Assembly (NCBI GenBank): GCA_951813565.1
Contig: OX638351.1
Span: 2,144,001 to 2,208,000 of the forward strand
Direction of reading: 5' to 3'
DNA: 64,000 bases
From: an uncultured Poribacteria bacterium
GTDB lineage: Bacteria; Poribacteria; WGA-4E; WGA-3G
Numbering within the stretch: the first letter of the stretch is position 1; each line of letters starts with the position of its first letter. Of this stretch, positions 49,495-59,013 are shown piece by piece. The position numbers and the translations under genes are program-made. The notes beneath the pieces were generated by a model that saw only the letters and a list, made by a program, of their open reading frames with translations, did not search any database and had not been told where the DNA came from.

Positions 49495-50280
49495 CTACTC
49501 AATACCCTTTGCACATCTGAAACCGATGTTGTAATATCTATATGAAGGTGGATGTGCTACGCGATGGGTAGAACGCAGATGCAATCGGATAGAATTCCAT
49601 CCACCGCCTCGAACAGCTTTTTTATCTTTATCATGTATATTATCCGCGCACCATTCAGCAACATTACCTGCCATATCCAGCACACCATAAGGGCTTGCAC
49701 CATCTGGATAACTCCCAACAGGAGACACCTTTTCGTGATGTGGAAAATAATTAAGTTTGGAAAAATCAAAATCGTTACCCCACGGATAGAGGCGTGCATC
49801 AGTACCTCTGGCAGCCTTCTCCCATTCTGCCTCGGTCGGTAGGCGTTTGCCTGCCCATACAGCATAAGCAGATGCCTCATACCAACTTACCCCAATAATG
49901 GGATGGTCGGGTTCTCGTGATACAGAATTTCTCTCAAAACCGAGTGGTTTGTCAATCCGATACTTTTTCTTTGATGGATAACTATAGCGAAATCGTTCCT
50001 TCTGAATGAAATCCCAACCTTCTTCTGTCCAGTACTCTTGTTTATTGTATCCATCTGCTAAGATAAATGCTTGAAATTCGGCGTTTGTAACTTCGTGTTT
50101 GTCAATGTAAAAAGCCTCTACATTTACTTTACGTGCGGGGCGTTGATCCTCAGGTGCGTTAGGATTGTCTGTGCCCATCGTAAACTCACCTGCGGATATC
50201 AGCACCATCTCTTCCGGTGGTTCGCTCATTGCAAGTCCTGGCGCTATGATTAGAAATAGTAAGAGGACAAATCTTTTCAT
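49495..50280 (-). CDS. FGE-sulfatase/SUMF1-domain protein, probably non-catalytic
   Basis: GEFTMG, HEVTN, RLPTEAEWEKAARG, DMAGNVAEW, GFRC; the FGE CxxxxC pair is absent. Confidence 0.85.
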   Translation of the reverse strand: MKRFVLLLFLIIAPGLAMSEPPEEMVLISAGEFTMGTDNPNAPEDQRPARKVNVEAFYIDKHEVTNAEFQAFILADGYNKQEYWTEEGWDFIQKERFRYSYPSKKKYRIDKPLGFERNSVSREPDHPIIGVSWYEASAYAVWAGKRLPTEAEWEKAARGTDARLYPWGNDFDFSKLNYFPHHEKVSPVGSYPDGASPYGVLDMAGNVAEWCADNIHDKDKKAVRGGGWNSIRLHLRSTHRVAHPPSYRYYNIGFRCAKGIE

Positions 50281-50463
50281 TGTTTTGCTCCTTATATTTA
50301 ATAAATTAGTTCAGTAAGATAGAAACATTTTGTGCGTGTGATATTAAAGACACAGTTTTTGTTCTACAGGTTGCATAAAAGGGAAAAAATACGTGTTTTC
50401 TTGTCTCAATCTATCAAAATTTTTCATATTATTCACTCTATTCCAAATTATACTAAGGCTATT

Positions 50464-50672
50464 TATAGTAGATTTTAGAATTACTTGGACACTCTGCACC
50501 AGCGAGGTTAGAAAATCTCGCCTACCGGTGTGAATGTAAGAGGCGACAAATCATGCAGGATACCATAAGCATATTCTGCCACGCGCATTTGGCGTTGATT
50601 TGGCAATGAATTGAGCGACTACAAACGCGGCAAATACTAAGAAATGTTCACTTAATTTTATAATTCACTATA
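50464..50672. repeat. MITE-like cassette carrying two REP hairpins
   Basis: Imperfect IRs TATAGTAGATTTTAGAATTA / TAATTTTATAATTCACTATA; internal CTAC-ending REPs at about 50501-26 and 50602-26. Confidence 0.6.
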
Positions 50673-50882
50673 GTTTTCAATACACATTCCGCATCATCTT
50701 TGCTACTGTCTATACAAATCTGCAGATCAGTGCTTTCTTGCTATTTCACACGCTAAATTGACACCTATGGTGGGTTTCATGCTTCAACTCAACCTATAAT
50801 TAATTCAACAGAAACCATACACACTATTAAACCATATTTTCCTTGCACGCTTCATACAATATATGTTAGAATTAGGGTTATT

Positions 50883-51344
50883 GTGAAAGAAGATAAAAAA
50901 TCTCCGCAGAACGCAACGATTACTGTCAATCGGAAAGCACGCCATGACTATCATCTGCGTGATCGGTATGAGGCAGGCATCGTTTTGCAGGGGACTGAAG
51001 TAAAAGCAATTAGAAACGGACAGTTTAACCTAACCGATAGTTACGCGCAAATAACAGATGGAGAGGTGTTCCTCGTTGATGCATTTATCGGTTTATATGA
51101 TCAGGGAAATCGGATGAATCATGAACCGAAACGCACCCGTAAACTGTTGCTGCATCGTAGCGAAATAAAAAAACTGGAACGGTTAATTCAGTCAAAAGGA
51201 ATGACTCTAATTCCTACACGTGCCTACTTCAACGGCGGCAAGGTGAAATTAGAGTTAGCGGTCGCAGAAGGGAAGAGATTTTACGACAAGCGCGATAAAA
51301 TTGAGCGCGAACACGCGAACCGAGAAATACGAACATATTCATAA
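50883..51344 (+). CDS. smpB: SsrA-binding protein
   Basis: NRKARHDY, EAGIVLQGTEVK, RKLLLH, GKRFYDKR. Confidence 0.96.
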   Translation: MKEDKKSPQNATITVNRKARHDYHLRDRYEAGIVLQGTEVKAIRNGQFNLTDSYAQITDGEVFLVDAFIGLYDQGNRMNHEPKRTRKLLLHRSEIKKLERLIQSKGMTLIPTRAYFNGGKVKLELAVAEGKRFYDKRDKIEREHANREIRTYS

Positions 51345-51362
51345 CTCACAAAAGTAAATTTT

Positions 51363-51712
51363 GGGGGTGAACTTGGTTTCGACGGAGGTAATTGCGATAC
51401 AGGTTGCATGTCGAGGTCTCCGCAGGCCTCGTTAAATAGGCGGAACAATTATAATTGCTGATCAAGAATTAGCACTAGCTGCCTAAGCAGCTACGCTTGG
51501 CCGACCTGTTTCCCGTCAGGGAAGCTAAAGCGCCGCAATACGGGATAGCGGTTTGATTGTTCTCAAGGACCATTCCGTGAACCTAAATTTGAGATAGCCT
51601 CCATGAATCCCGCATAGGGGAGTCTGGACAGCGAAATTCAAAACCTGTGATAAGCATGTAGTAACCTCTATCAATATACTTTCGGACGCGGGTTCGATTC
51701 CCGCCACCTCCA
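51363..51712 (+). ncRNA. ssrA: tmRNA; tag (A)ADQELALAA at 51457-51486; CCA not encoded
   Basis: GGGGGTG 5' end pairs with CACCTCC-A; GGTTTCGAC; T-arm GCGGGTTCGATTCCCGC; directly after smpB. Confidence 0.95.
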
Positions 51713-51818
51713 TCACCAATTGACACAAATTTGCGTATCCCCAGTAGGCGAGGTTTCAAACCGCGCCTACCAAGAATCTTTATATATTTCTGACTTTACA
51801 ATGACGGGACGAAGCACG

Positions 51819-52199
51819 ATGGCTGATTTTGAAAATCTACCCATCCGCATTCAACGGATTGCCAAAGCAGAACTACAACCTGATGAACAGATATGTTTGT
51901 GTGTCCTCGGACGCTCCTCACTGCTGCGCCCAGATTTCGTTTTGATTACCACGTTACGGGTGCTTATCTTAAACGAAAGAAATATGGGGAGCCTCGCTAT
52001 CTCTTACGCGAATATCCGATGTAATGTGTTTTTTAGCGAAATTAGCAATGTGAAACTTGCCCGACTTTTGAAGCATCGGTTTCTTGGACAAGCACGACTT
52101 GAAATTGACGTCAAACGTAATAGTTTTTGGATTGATAACATGAGTTTGCGTGATGCACGGCGTGCCCATCAACTTATCGCCGAACAGATACAGAGGTAA
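51819..52199 (+). CDS. Small hypothetical protein, possibly bacterial PH-domain-like
   Basis: LQPDEQI..VLITTLRVLI..FSEISNV pattern. Confidence 0.5.
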   Translation: MADFENLPIRIQRIAKAELQPDEQICLCVLGRSSLLRPDFVLITTLRVLILNERNMGSLAISYANIRCNVFFSEISNVKLARLLKHRFLGQARLEIDVKRNSFWIDNMSLRDARRAHQLIAEQIQR

Positions 52200-52201
52200 A
52201 T

Positions 52202-52987
52202 ATGGGTTTTTGGACTTACCTAACTGTAACATATAATGTATGGTTTACTGCACCACTTGCTGTCGTATTTCTGTTTGCAATTTTTCGGCTTATCCTTGGT
52301 GGTTTGGACTTTGGAGATGCCGATGTAGATGCTGACGTGGATGCGGATGTGGACTTTGATGTGGATGCGGACGTAGACTTTGACGTTGACGCCGATGTAG
52401 ACTTTGATGTTGACGCTGACGTGGATGTCGACGTTGATGCTGATGTAGACATGGACGTTGATGCTGACGTGGATGCCGATACTGATATAAGTGCAGATTC
52501 CGGTGTAAGCGGTAACACTTTTGTTGACGTATTGGGATTTCTGAACGTAGGGAGAGTCCCCTTTATGGTTGTGGTGATGACACTCTTTACCACGTGGGGT
52601 TTCACAGGCTTAATCGTCAATGAAATCTTGAATGTCAACGCTGCACCAAGCCCGTTCTTTTGGATATCTTGCTCAGCTGCGCTTGTCTGTAGTGTTTTAG
52701 GCACTCGCTATCTATCGCTTACACTCTCAAAGATTTTTCCTGAAAGTGATCCTCCTACAAAGGATCTTCACCTACTCGGGTTGCGAGGTAGAGTGCTTAG
52801 TGGTCAAATTACTACGACATTTGGCACCGCAAGGGTAGAAGTTCCGGATGGTCATACGTTAACGGTGAAGTGCCGTGTTAATCCAGATGAACCCAATCCA
52901 GTAAAGGGCGATATTGTAATTCTAATCAACTATGATCCTGAGAAACGCATATTTGATGTAAAACCTGTAGAAGCGGAATTGCACTAA
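52202..52987 (+). CDS. YqiJ/DUF1449 (NfeD-like) membrane protein with Asp-alternating repeat
   Basis: NVWFT, FLNVGRVPFMV, C-terminal OB-like region; directly upstream of flotillin. Confidence 0.82.
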   Translation: MGFWTYLTVTYNVWFTAPLAVVFLFAIFRLILGGLDFGDADVDADVDADVDFDVDADVDFDVDADVDFDVDADVDVDVDADVDMDVDADVDADTDISADSGVSGNTFVDVLGFLNVGRVPFMVVVMTLFTTWGFTGLIVNEILNVNAAPSPFFWISCSAALVCSVLGTRYLSLTLSKIFPESDPPTKDLHLLGLRGRVLSGQITTTFGTARVEVPDGHTLTVKCRVNPDEPNPVKGDIVILINYDPEKRIFDVKPVEAELH

Positions 52988-53038
52988 ATGCCGATTCCTG
53001 TTCTTAACCTGATACCATCAGTAAAGGAGATATGAAAA

Positions 53039-54919
53039 ATGGGTGGACAACTGTTTGTACTCATTGTGGGCGGTCTGATTGCGTTGTTTGTTATTTTTGT
53101 ACTAATATACAAATCTTTCTACAAAAAAGCCCCTGCTGACGCAGCGTTAGTAATCTCAGGGGGAAACAAAAAACGGGTTGTGTTTGGCGGAACACTGGTT
53201 AATCCGATCACGAATGTGACGCAGCTAATTTCTTTGAATACGCTACAACTCCCTGTTGAGCGGGAAGGTCAAGCGGCTCTGATTACTAAGGATAGTTTAC
53301 GTGTTGACATACAGGCGGAGTTCTATGTAAAAATTGAACCGAATGAACAAGACGTGCTGAAAGCTGTAGCAAGTCTTGGTGATAAAACCTTAACACCCCA
53401 GGCTGTGAATGCATTGCTGGAAGGTAAACTTGTGGGTGTTCTCAGAAGTGTGGCTGCGACCATGGACTTGCAGGAACTTCACGAGAAACGCCAAGAATTT
53501 TCCGACCAGGTTCAGGAAGCATGTCTTGAGGATTTGGAGCAGAACGGTTTTAAACTTGAAACCGTTGCTGTTACTAACCTTGACCAAACACCGCTTGAAG
53601 CACTTGACGAAAACAACCGATTTGATGTCGTTGCTATTCAGACGATCAAGAAGGAAGTAGAAGAAAAACAGACTGATACTGCTAAAATTGAGCATGAAAA
53701 CAAAGTCAGACGTGAAGAAGATCGTCTACTTGCGGAACTTGAAATTAAGCAAAAGGAAGAGGAAACAGAAACAAAAGCGTTAGAGGTTGAGCAGCGACTT
53801 GAGTTTGCACAAGATGAGCAGCGCAAGGAAATTGCAACTAACAAGGCTGAACAGGAACGCGCGGTTGAGGCACATAAGTATGAACAGTTGCAAGCGGTTG
53901 AGGAAGCACGCATCAAACAGGAACAAGCTGTAAAGTCCGCTGAAATCATACAGACACAAAAAATTGAGATGGAACGCATTGAACAGGAACGCATGGTGCA
54001 AGAAAGTGAAATCTCACAAAAGCAGGCTGTCGAAATCGCCCGCGTGCAACAACAGCAATCGGTTGAAGAGGCAGAAATTCAGCGCAACCTCAATATTGAA
54101 AAAGCTAAGATCGACCAAGAGGCTACCGTCAAAGAAACTGACATTGAACGTAGAATTATTCTGTTAGACAAAGAACGTGCAGAAAAAGAAGCTGAGGCGG
54201 CAAACGCTATTCTGGTTTCAATTAAAGAAAAAGAACGCGAGGCTGCTCTTATTGAACTCTTGCAAGTTTCAGCTGAAAAAGCACGGGCTGAAGCCGCCGT
54301 TGAAACAGCTGAAGCAATTGAAAAGGCGGAACGTGAAAGTAAAATAGAACTGATTCGTGCCGAGCAAGAGGCGGACGAAGATAGAATTGCCAAGGAAAAG
54401 ACCGCTGACGCGGAAGTGTATACTATTGTTGAAACGGCAAAGGCAGAACTTGAAGCAGCGCAAGTCAAGGCTGAAGCAACAAAGATACTCTCCGAAGCAC
54501 TACTTGTTGAAGCCAGAGCCGAGGCAGATGGTGAAGAAGCATTAATTATCGCAAAAAATCAGGCTGAGCCACAAGTACTCGTCAGTGATGCTGTGCTTGC
54601 CCTTGTAGAAGCGCTGCCTCAAGTCACCAGTGAGTTGATGAAACCCGCGGAACGTATCGAAAGCATCCGTGTGCTTGACTTAGGCGGTAATGGCGGTGGT
54701 AATGGTAGTTCTGGTAGTATGAACCGCATTCTTGGGTCTATTGTCAACGCTGGTGCAGCAATGCCACTTCTCAAAGAACTTGTGAACTTTAGTGGTATTG
54801 ATACTGCAAAGATTGGACAGACAATTCAGGATTATGCTAAAGGATTAAACCGCACCGCTGTTTCTGAATCTGATTCAGAGTCTGATTCAGAAACCGAGTC
54901 CGATCCTGTTTCTGATTGA
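53039..54919 (+). CDS. Flotillin-family SPFH protein (YqiK-like)
   Basis: N-terminal TM, ALITKDSLRVD, LRSVAA, long A/E/Q coiled coil, KPAERIESIRV. Confidence 0.9.
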   Translation: MGGQLFVLIVGGLIALFVIFVLIYKSFYKKAPADAALVISGGNKKRVVFGGTLVNPITNVTQLISLNTLQLPVEREGQAALITKDSLRVDIQAEFYVKIEPNEQDVLKAVASLGDKTLTPQAVNALLEGKLVGVLRSVAATMDLQELHEKRQEFSDQVQEACLEDLEQNGFKLETVAVTNLDQTPLEALDENNRFDVVAIQTIKKEVEEKQTDTAKIEHENKVRREEDRLLAELEIKQKEEETETKALEVEQRLEFAQDEQRKEIATNKAEQERAVEAHKYEQLQAVEEARIKQEQAVKSAEIIQTQKIEMERIEQERMVQESEISQKQAVEIARVQQQQSVEEAEIQRNLNIEKAKIDQEATVKETDIERRIILLDKERAEKEAEAANAILVSIKEKEREAALIELLQVSAEKARAEAAVETAEAIEKAERESKIELIRAEQEADEDRIAKEKTADAEVYTIVETAKAELEAAQVKAEATKILSEALLVEARAEADGEEALIIAKNQAEPQVLVSDAVLALVEALPQVTSELMKPAERIESIRVLDLGGNGGGNGSSGSMNRILGSIVNAGAAMPLLKELVNFSGIDTAKIGQTIQDYAKGLNRTAVSESDSESDSETESDPVSD

Positions 54920-55039
54920 ATTAATATGGATAATTTACGCTAAACCTTATTGTCAATGTGATCTTCTAATATTTTTAGGGTATCTTCGATTTAGAATAAA
55001 ATCTATTTCAAAGATACCTTAACGCAAAGAGGAAGGACA

Positions 55040-55456
55040 CTGGTTGAAGTTAAAATTGATGATCTTCTTGTTGAATCGCGGAACGATAGTGAACCGGCAG
55101 TGATTTTGAAAGAAAAAACAGGGGATTCTAAACGAAAATTGTTGATACAGATAGGTGAAACTGCAGCGTTGGCAATCAAATCTGGATTGGCAAAAACGGA
55201 ACACCCTCGTCCCAGGACCCATGATCTATTCAAAAGCATCATTGACACACTTTCAACCAAAGTTGTGGCTATCTATATCAACGCTGTTGAAAAGCCAACC
55301 TTTTATGCGAAGATGAAACTCAAATCGGAGAGTCAAGAATTCGACATAGATTCGCGACCGAGTGATGCCCTTGCCATCGCAATCCGATATAACGCCCCAA
55401 TCTATGTGGAAGAAGATGTGATTGAAAAAAACGGATTCTTTGAAAAGGAGAAATAA
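55040..55456 (+). CDS. Bifunctional nuclease (DUF151) paralog 1; probable CTG start
   Basis: IGETAALAI, RPRTHDL, DSRPSDALAIA; N-terminus aligns with paralog 2 from CTG 55040. Confidence 0.8.
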   Translation: MVEVKIDDLLVESRNDSEPAVILKEKTGDSKRKLLIQIGETAALAIKSGLAKTEHPRPRTHDLFKSIIDTLSTKVVAIYINAVEKPTFYAKMKLKSESQEFDIDSRPSDALAIAIRYNAPIYVEEDVIEKNGFFEKEK

Positions 55457-55457
55457 C

Positions 55458-55952
55458 ATGGTCGAAGTTAAAATTGAATTTCTGACCGTTGATCGAAATA
55501 CTGGCGCACCGGTCGTCGTTTTAAAAGAAAAAGAAGGCGAATCTAAACGGATATTGTTGATATGGATAGGTGAATCGGAGGCGTGGGCAATAGAGAACCG
55601 ACTGAAAAAAATTGATCTGCCACGACCAATGACACACGACCTGCTCAAAAATGTCATTGATACAATCTCTGGCAAGATAAATTCTATCTGTATCAATGCC
55701 GTTGAAAAATCAACCTTCTTTGCACAAGTAAAACTTGAATTGGATGGGCAAGAATACGATATAGATTCGCGACCAAGCGACGCACTTGCCCTTGCAATCC
55801 GATGTGAAGTGCCGATCTATGTTGAGGAAAAAGTTATTGAAGAAAACGGTTTCCTTGAAGCAGAAGTGAAAAAAGAGAAACCGACACAACGCGACCCTAA
55901 AGATGTTTTGGAAAACCTGGATGAAGATATTGTAAAAAATTACACTGTTTGA
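55458..55952 (+). CDS. Bifunctional nuclease (DUF151) paralog 2
   Basis: IWIGESEA, RPMTHDL, DSRPSDALALA; AAGGAG SD. Confidence 0.88.
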   Translation: MVEVKIEFLTVDRNTGAPVVVLKEKEGESKRILLIWIGESEAWAIENRLKKIDLPRPMTHDLLKNVIDTISGKINSICINAVEKSTFFAQVKLELDGQEYDIDSRPSDALALAIRCEVPIYVEEKVIEENGFLEAEVKKEKPTQRDPKDVLENLDEDIVKNYTV

Positions 55953-56043
55953 TCAGCGATCTGTGAATCCAGAAGATTATAGGACACAAACACTTCAAGA
56001 AGACTTTGTTCTGAACTTCATTACTGTAAAAACGCAGGTCACC

Positions 56044-56949
56044 ATGGGATACTCATTTAGCAAAGACTGTATCGTGCTCCATGATAGTTGCACAACAGCC
56101 TTGGATACCAGCAACTTTGTCTCAAAGATAGACCTATCCTTCCTTGATCCGCCTTTCAATCAAGACAAAGCATACAATCAATGGGATGATAACCTACCGC
56201 CTGAAGAATATTGGGAATGGATGCAAGAGGTATGTTCAAAAATCTACGCTTTAACTTCCGATGGTGGTGCTATCTATTTCATGCAACGCGAAAAAAATAC
56301 AGAATTCGTTTTGCAATGTTTACGTGATAGTGGTTGGACTTTTCAAAATCTGATTGTCTGGAAAAAGAAAACCTCAGCAGTTCCAGGAACAAAGCGATTT
56401 GGAAAGCACTATCAGATAATTGGATTTGCAACGAAAGGCAAAACGCCACGCGTTTTTAACCGCCTCCGTATTGATCCACCACTGCCAGCAGATTACAAGT
56501 ACACGCGTGAAAACGGTATATTCGTTACCGACGTGTGGGATGATATTCGCGAGTTAACATCAGGCTATTTTGCAGGCGATGAAGCGTTACGCGATGCGGA
56601 AGGGAATCGCTTACACAAACAGCAAACTCCCATTCAGCTCCTCCTACGAATTATCCTCTCTTCCACAAATCCTGGTGATGTCGTCCTTGACCCATTTGCT
56701 GGTTCTGGCACAACGTTGGTTGTATCAGAACAATTAGCACGAAAATCAATCGGTATTGAACTTGATGCCTTCAACGTAGAACTTATTCAAAACAGACTTG
56801 CAGAACAGCGAGAATCAGACGATGTTTCTCGCTGTTTAAAAGATTATGTATGCACTCCGAATCTTGAACTGATTTGGGGAAAGGAACAATTAGCACCACA
56901 TAATCCGGACTTTTCTAAGCAGATGAAACTTTTTGAATCAAAACAGTAA
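56044..56949 (+). CDS. Site-specific amino DNA methyltransferase, beta class
   Basis: DPPF, IVWKK, TDVWDDI, HKQQTP, DPFAGSGTT. Confidence 0.88.
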   Translation: MGYSFSKDCIVLHDSCTTALDTSNFVSKIDLSFLDPPFNQDKAYNQWDDNLPPEEYWEWMQEVCSKIYALTSDGGAIYFMQREKNTEFVLQCLRDSGWTFQNLIVWKKKTSAVPGTKRFGKHYQIIGFATKGKTPRVFNRLRIDPPLPADYKYTRENGIFVTDVWDDIRELTSGYFAGDEALRDAEGNRLHKQQTPIQLLLRIILSSTNPGDVVLDPFAGSGTTLVVSEQLARKSIGIELDAFNVELIQNRLAEQRESDDVSRCLKDYVCTPNLELIWGKEQLAPHNPDFSKQMKLFESKQ

Positions 56950-57797
56950 TGGCTTATTCTATTTACCATTTCTTTGCTGACTTGTACAGAAAAAAAGTCG
57001 AATTCTACTCAGTAGAAAAACTTGATAGTTTCTCATTTGATACACAAATTCTCTCTTGTATCAATATAGGTCGTTTTCCAGATTTAGCCATAAAACTAAA
57101 TCACAACAATCACGAGTTTAGCGGTGGAGAGTTAATTGAACTCAAAGATAGCAGAAAATCATATTCGGTGGCTTCTTTTAATTCAACGATTCCAACAGGC
57201 GAAAAGGAAATTCAAAAGTTAACTACAGGCATCTCAAATACTATTAGAACACAGATGCAAGAAGCAGGTAATGATATACTCTCCTTGCCGATCCGACAAG
57301 TTTTCTATCTGATTCGCGGCAAGAAGGGGCAAAACATAAAAGTTTGCTTAACTCACGGCAAGTTTTTTGAGACCGTCCCTGTTTCAAGACTTATTTCGGA
57401 TTCATTTGGTCAAGCTCTGGAAGAACGCTTAGACGAACTCGGCGAATCTTTGTCGACACAAATGAAACAAAAATTATTAGGCTTGTTTAGTGAACAACAA
57501 GCCTTCAGTAGAGTGAGAAATGTAGACAATGCCTCAGTAAAACTCCGTTTTCGTATTATGACTGAAGTTAAAGCTGGGGCAAACATTTTGAATCCGAATC
57601 AGTACTCTCAAATTGAGGATGATACACTCAATTTTGCTGTGCCTTGTCATGATGAAACCGAACAAAATCAGCTACAGGGTAAAATGAGAATTGCCTTTGA
57701 GGAGATGGGATGTGTCAATTTATTTTCACAAATGGATGTTTTTAATCTCCAACACCATTTTAATGGGAATTTTCTCATTTTTCAGGCAAATCTATAG
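56949..57797 (+). CDS. Putative type II restriction endonuclease (PD..ExK)
   Basis: FPDLAI..ELIELKD..FNSTIP; TAATG coupling to the methyltransferase. Confidence 0.6.
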   Translation: MAYSIYHFFADLYRKKVEFYSVEKLDSFSFDTQILSCINIGRFPDLAIKLNHNNHEFSGGELIELKDSRKSYSVASFNSTIPTGEKEIQKLTTGISNTIRTQMQEAGNDILSLPIRQVFYLIRGKKGQNIKVCLTHGKFFETVPVSRLISDSFGQALEERLDELGESLSTQMKQKLLGLFSEQQAFSRVRNVDNASVKLRFRIMTEVKAGANILNPNQYSQIEDDTLNFAVPCHDETEQNQLQGKMRIAFEEMGCVNLFSQMDVFNLQHHFNGNFLIFQANL

Positions 57798-57835
57798 TCA
57801 AATTATTTTCGTTAAGTACTTGCTACAATAGTGAC

Positions 57836-58993
57836 ATGACTTCAATACAATTGAGTTTTGATTTTTGTCAACCCAAGAGTTGTCTGCTTTACGTTCCTAC
57901 AGAAGTAGACGAATTTTGGACAGCAAAGCAACGTGCTGGTCACTCCATCCACGAAATTTCGTATCGTGCCTGCTACAAACCGCAATTACCCGCATATTTT
58001 GTTCAGAAGTTCTGTGAACCGGCATCTATCGTTTACGATCCGTTTATGGGACGCGGTACCACCTTGATAGAGGCGCAGCTTCACGGACATAAAGCCATTG
58101 GCAATGATATAAATCCTCTGTCAATAATCCTTACATCCCCCCGCCTCGACCCACCTACATTAGCAGATATAGAAAAGAGATTGTCTGAGATTGATCTGTC
58201 AAACGATGCTGAAATCGACCAAGACCTCTTAGTCTTTTTCCATGAAGATACACTCAGAGAGATTTACGGATGGCGAACCTATTTCCGACAAAAACAACTT
58301 GATAAAGTTGAGGCATGGTTACAAATGGTAGCATGTAGCCGTCTAACAGGACATTCTACAGGTTTCTTTTCTGTTTTCACCCTTCCGCCAAATCTTGCAG
58401 CTTCGGTCACTTCTCAGCAAAAAATCAACGAAAAACGAAATCAGACTCCAGAATACCGAAACACAAAGGAACTGATATTAAGAAAATCGAAGCAATTGTT
58501 GCGTCATAGCCTTCCCGATCACTTTTGGCAGGATGATGCTGTACTTCTTACCGAGTCCGCAGATAACACGCCCCAAATCGCGGACGAATCGGTTGACTTA
58601 GTTGTTACATCACCCCCTTTTCTTGACACTGTTGACTATGAGCAGGATAACTGGCTACGGATGTGGTTTTGTGACATAAAAGTTGAAGCGGGAAAAATCT
58701 GGCAATTAAAATCTCTGGAGGATTGGGTTGCACGTATGACAGATGTGTTTGTGGAACTGCACCGAATATTAAAACGTACTGGCAGAATCGCTTTTGAGGT
58801 AGGAGAGGTTCGCAAGGGTGCTGTTCTCTTAGAAAATGCCGTGGCAAAAGCATCTTTTGATGCCGGATTTCTACCAGAAAAGTTGATAATAAACGCACAG
58901 CACTTTACGAAAACGGCAAATTGCTGGGGTGTCTCTAATAATAATAAAGGCACAAATAGCAATCGTATTGTTATTTTGAAAAAGGATGGTTAA
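57836..58993 (+). CDS. Amino (probably N4-cytosine) DNA methyltransferase, alpha class
   Basis: DPFMGRGTT precedes TSPPF. Confidence 0.85.
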   Translation: MTSIQLSFDFCQPKSCLLYVPTEVDEFWTAKQRAGHSIHEISYRACYKPQLPAYFVQKFCEPASIVYDPFMGRGTTLIEAQLHGHKAIGNDINPLSIILTSPRLDPPTLADIEKRLSEIDLSNDAEIDQDLLVFFHEDTLREIYGWRTYFRQKQLDKVEAWLQMVACSRLTGHSTGFFSVFTLPPNLAASVTSQQKINEKRNQTPEYRNTKELILRKSKQLLRHSLPDHFWQDDAVLLTESADNTPQIADESVDLVVTSPPFLDTVDYEQDNWLRMWFCDIKVEAGKIWQLKSLEDWVARMTDVFVELHRILKRTGRIAFEVGEVRKGAVLLENAVAKASFDAGFLPEKLIINAQHFTKTANCWGVSNNNKGTNSNRIVILKKDG

Positions 58994-59013
58994 CAAAGAA
59001 GGAGAATTACGTT

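Noticed and set aside
49495..50280. Active formylglycine-generating enzyme for the sulfatase
   Set aside because: Catalytic Cys pair is absent (RGGGWNSIRLHLRS)
51713..52200. Integrative element at the tmRNA 3' end
   Set aside because: No integrase and no duplicate of the ssrA 3' end noticed in the window
52216..52704. 162-aa Ser/Thr-rich antisense ORF
   Set aside because: Mirror of the Asp/Val repeat on the coding strand
53390..54468. Several antisense ORFs within the flotillin gene
   Set aside because: Expected from stop-poor reverse frames of A/E/Q-rich coiled-coil coding sequence
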